From assembly GCA_002787535.1 (NCBI GenBank), contig PCXB01000072.1, positions 1,828 through 65,827 on the forward strand: a stretch of 64,000 bases of DNA. The letters run 5' to 3'. Each line of letters opens with the position of its first letter. The first letter of the stretch is position 1. The notes under the pieces were generated by a model. It was not told where the DNA came from, did no database searches, and saw nothing but the letters and a program-made list of their open reading frames with translations. The translations under genes were made by a program, and so were the position numbers. This DNA is from Deltaproteobacteria bacterium CG11_big_fil_rev_8_21_14_0_20_45_16. GTDB taxonomy: Bacteria > Bdellovibrionota > UBA2394. Below, one piece after another: positions 63,131-64,000 of the stretch.

Positions 63131-64000
63131 ATGGACACCTCCGATTTCATTGCTCTAGGACTTGTTGTTGGCATTGCTTTTGCCGTGGGAATGGCCATCT
63201 TTGCGTATCGAAAATTTGGACTTCGTAAAGAAGATTTGTTGGCGCCAAGTCCAGATAGTGAAGATGTTGAGTCTTTAGCGAAAGAAGCGCTCGAGCCTCA
63301 GCCTCCGGTGCTACTCGAAACTAAACAACCTACCAAGATCTCTCGGGCCATTGCTTCGTGGATACCACTATTGAAGTCCAAATCAAAGGATAGCCAAAAA
63401 TGGGAAGAGGTCTTGATCATGTCAGATATGGGCCCGACATTAGCGTCAGAGCTTTTGCAGGACCTGCATTCGGCCAACGAAGATCCTGACCAGTTCTTCA
63501 AGTCCCGCTTGAAGAACATATTGAGTTCTGGAGAGGCGCCTAAGGAAGTTTGGAAAAATCATAAACCCTGGGTTTGTTTTCTTGTTGGAGTCAACGGCGT
63601 GGGTAAGACGACGACGGCTGTAAAGTTGGCTTATTTTTTTAAAAAACAGTCACTTTCGGTCGGTATGATAGGGGCCGACACCTTTAGAAAGGCGGCGATC
63701 GAGCAGCTAGAACGGCAGTGTACTAAGAATGAGGTAGATTTCTTTAGCTACAAAGTAAGTGATGAAAAATCTGAGGGTGCGGATCCATCCGCGGTCATCT
63801 TTGATGGGCTTAAGCAGTTTGTTAGGAAGGACATTATCATCGTCGATACCAGCGGTCGGTTGCATACCAAAAAGAATCTTATGGAGGAATTGAAGAAGAT
63901 GAAGCGTGTAGGCGATAAAGCTCTGTCGGGTGCGCCACATGATATTTGGTTGGTTTTAGATGCTAGCTTGGGACTCAATGCCATCAACCAAGCAGAAGTT
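63131..64000 (+). CDS. ftsY: Signal recognition particle receptor FtsY (3'-truncated by the window end)
   Basis: Hand-translated from the ATG at 63131. N-terminal TM FIALGLVVGIAFAVGMAIF. NG domain with GVNGVGKTTT, DTSGRLH and LVLDASLG. Open to the last base, so it is absent from the ORF track. Confidence 0.93.
   Translation, partial: MDTSDFIALGLVVGIAFAVGMAIFAYRKFGLRKEDLLAPSPDSEDVESLAKEALEPQPPVLLETKQPTKISRAIASWIPLLKSKSKDSQKWEEVLIMSDMGPTLASELLQDLHSANEDPDQFFKSRLKNILSSGEAPKEVWKNHKPWVCFLVGVNGVGKTTTAVKLAYFFKKQSLSVGMIGADTFRKAAIEQLERQCTKNEVDFFSYKVSDEKSEGADPSAVIFDGLKQFVRKDIIIVDTSGRLHTKKNLMEELKKMKRVGDKALSGAPHDIWLVLDASLGLNAINQAEV

Noticed and set aside
1-64000. Looked for CRISPR arrays, rRNA genes, transposases, integrases and prophage modules.
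   Set aside because: I saw no regularly spaced direct repeats, no rRNA-like sequence and no DDE, tyrosine or serine recombinase motifs in any ORF. This was a by-eye inspection only, so short or degenerate elements could have been missed.

Overview
This is a gene-dense 64-kb bacterial chromosomal segment. I can support about 65 CDS and one tRNA-Gly(GCC). I see no rRNA, no CRISPR array and no recognisable transposase or integrase.

Housekeeping genes identifiable from motifs:
- recR and a NifS/IscS-type cysteine desulfurase
- potABC with a divergent potD
- a Fur-family (PerR-like) regulator with ahpC-ahpD
- an E1 alpha/beta 2-oxoacid dehydrogenase pair
- pgsA, pyrE and upp
- floA with two NfeD genes
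- an in-frame TlyA-phosphomannomutase fusion
- a PilW/PilF-like TPR lipoprotein, rodZ and recO
- an S8 protease
- glyQS, ppdK, trmL, smc and the 5' part of ftsY

Between these lie blocks of signal-peptide and lipoprotein genes that I cannot assign to named families.

Best candidates for something undescribed:
1. 35598-38471: three tandem paralogs built from short glycine-triplet runs separated by short hydrophobic strands. They may be polyglycine-II or collagen-like surface proteins.
2. 29724-33223: a four-gene, translationally coupled cassette directly upstream of NfeD-NfeD-FloA. Each protein has a signal peptide, a helical domain, a glycine-zipper membrane hairpin and an acidic tail.
3. 33336-34954: a pseudo-receiver/degenerate-GGDEF protein that keeps an intact RxxD I-site, translationally coupled to an orphan ParA-type ATPase.
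4. 13379-19048: divergent pseudopilin / PilX-like / PilZ operons.

Other notable items are a 57-nt perfect palindrome at 45004-45060 and two extra partial copies of the tRNA-Gly 5' end.

The gene style includes many PilZ, HDOD and degenerate-GGDEF proteins, pseudopilins, canonical GGAGG ribosome-binding sites and frequent 4-nt ATGA overlaps. This is reminiscent of Bdellovibrionota/Myxococcota-type genomes. That is an impression only and needs a database search.

All calls come from reading the translated ORFs and the DNA by eye. No searches were run.
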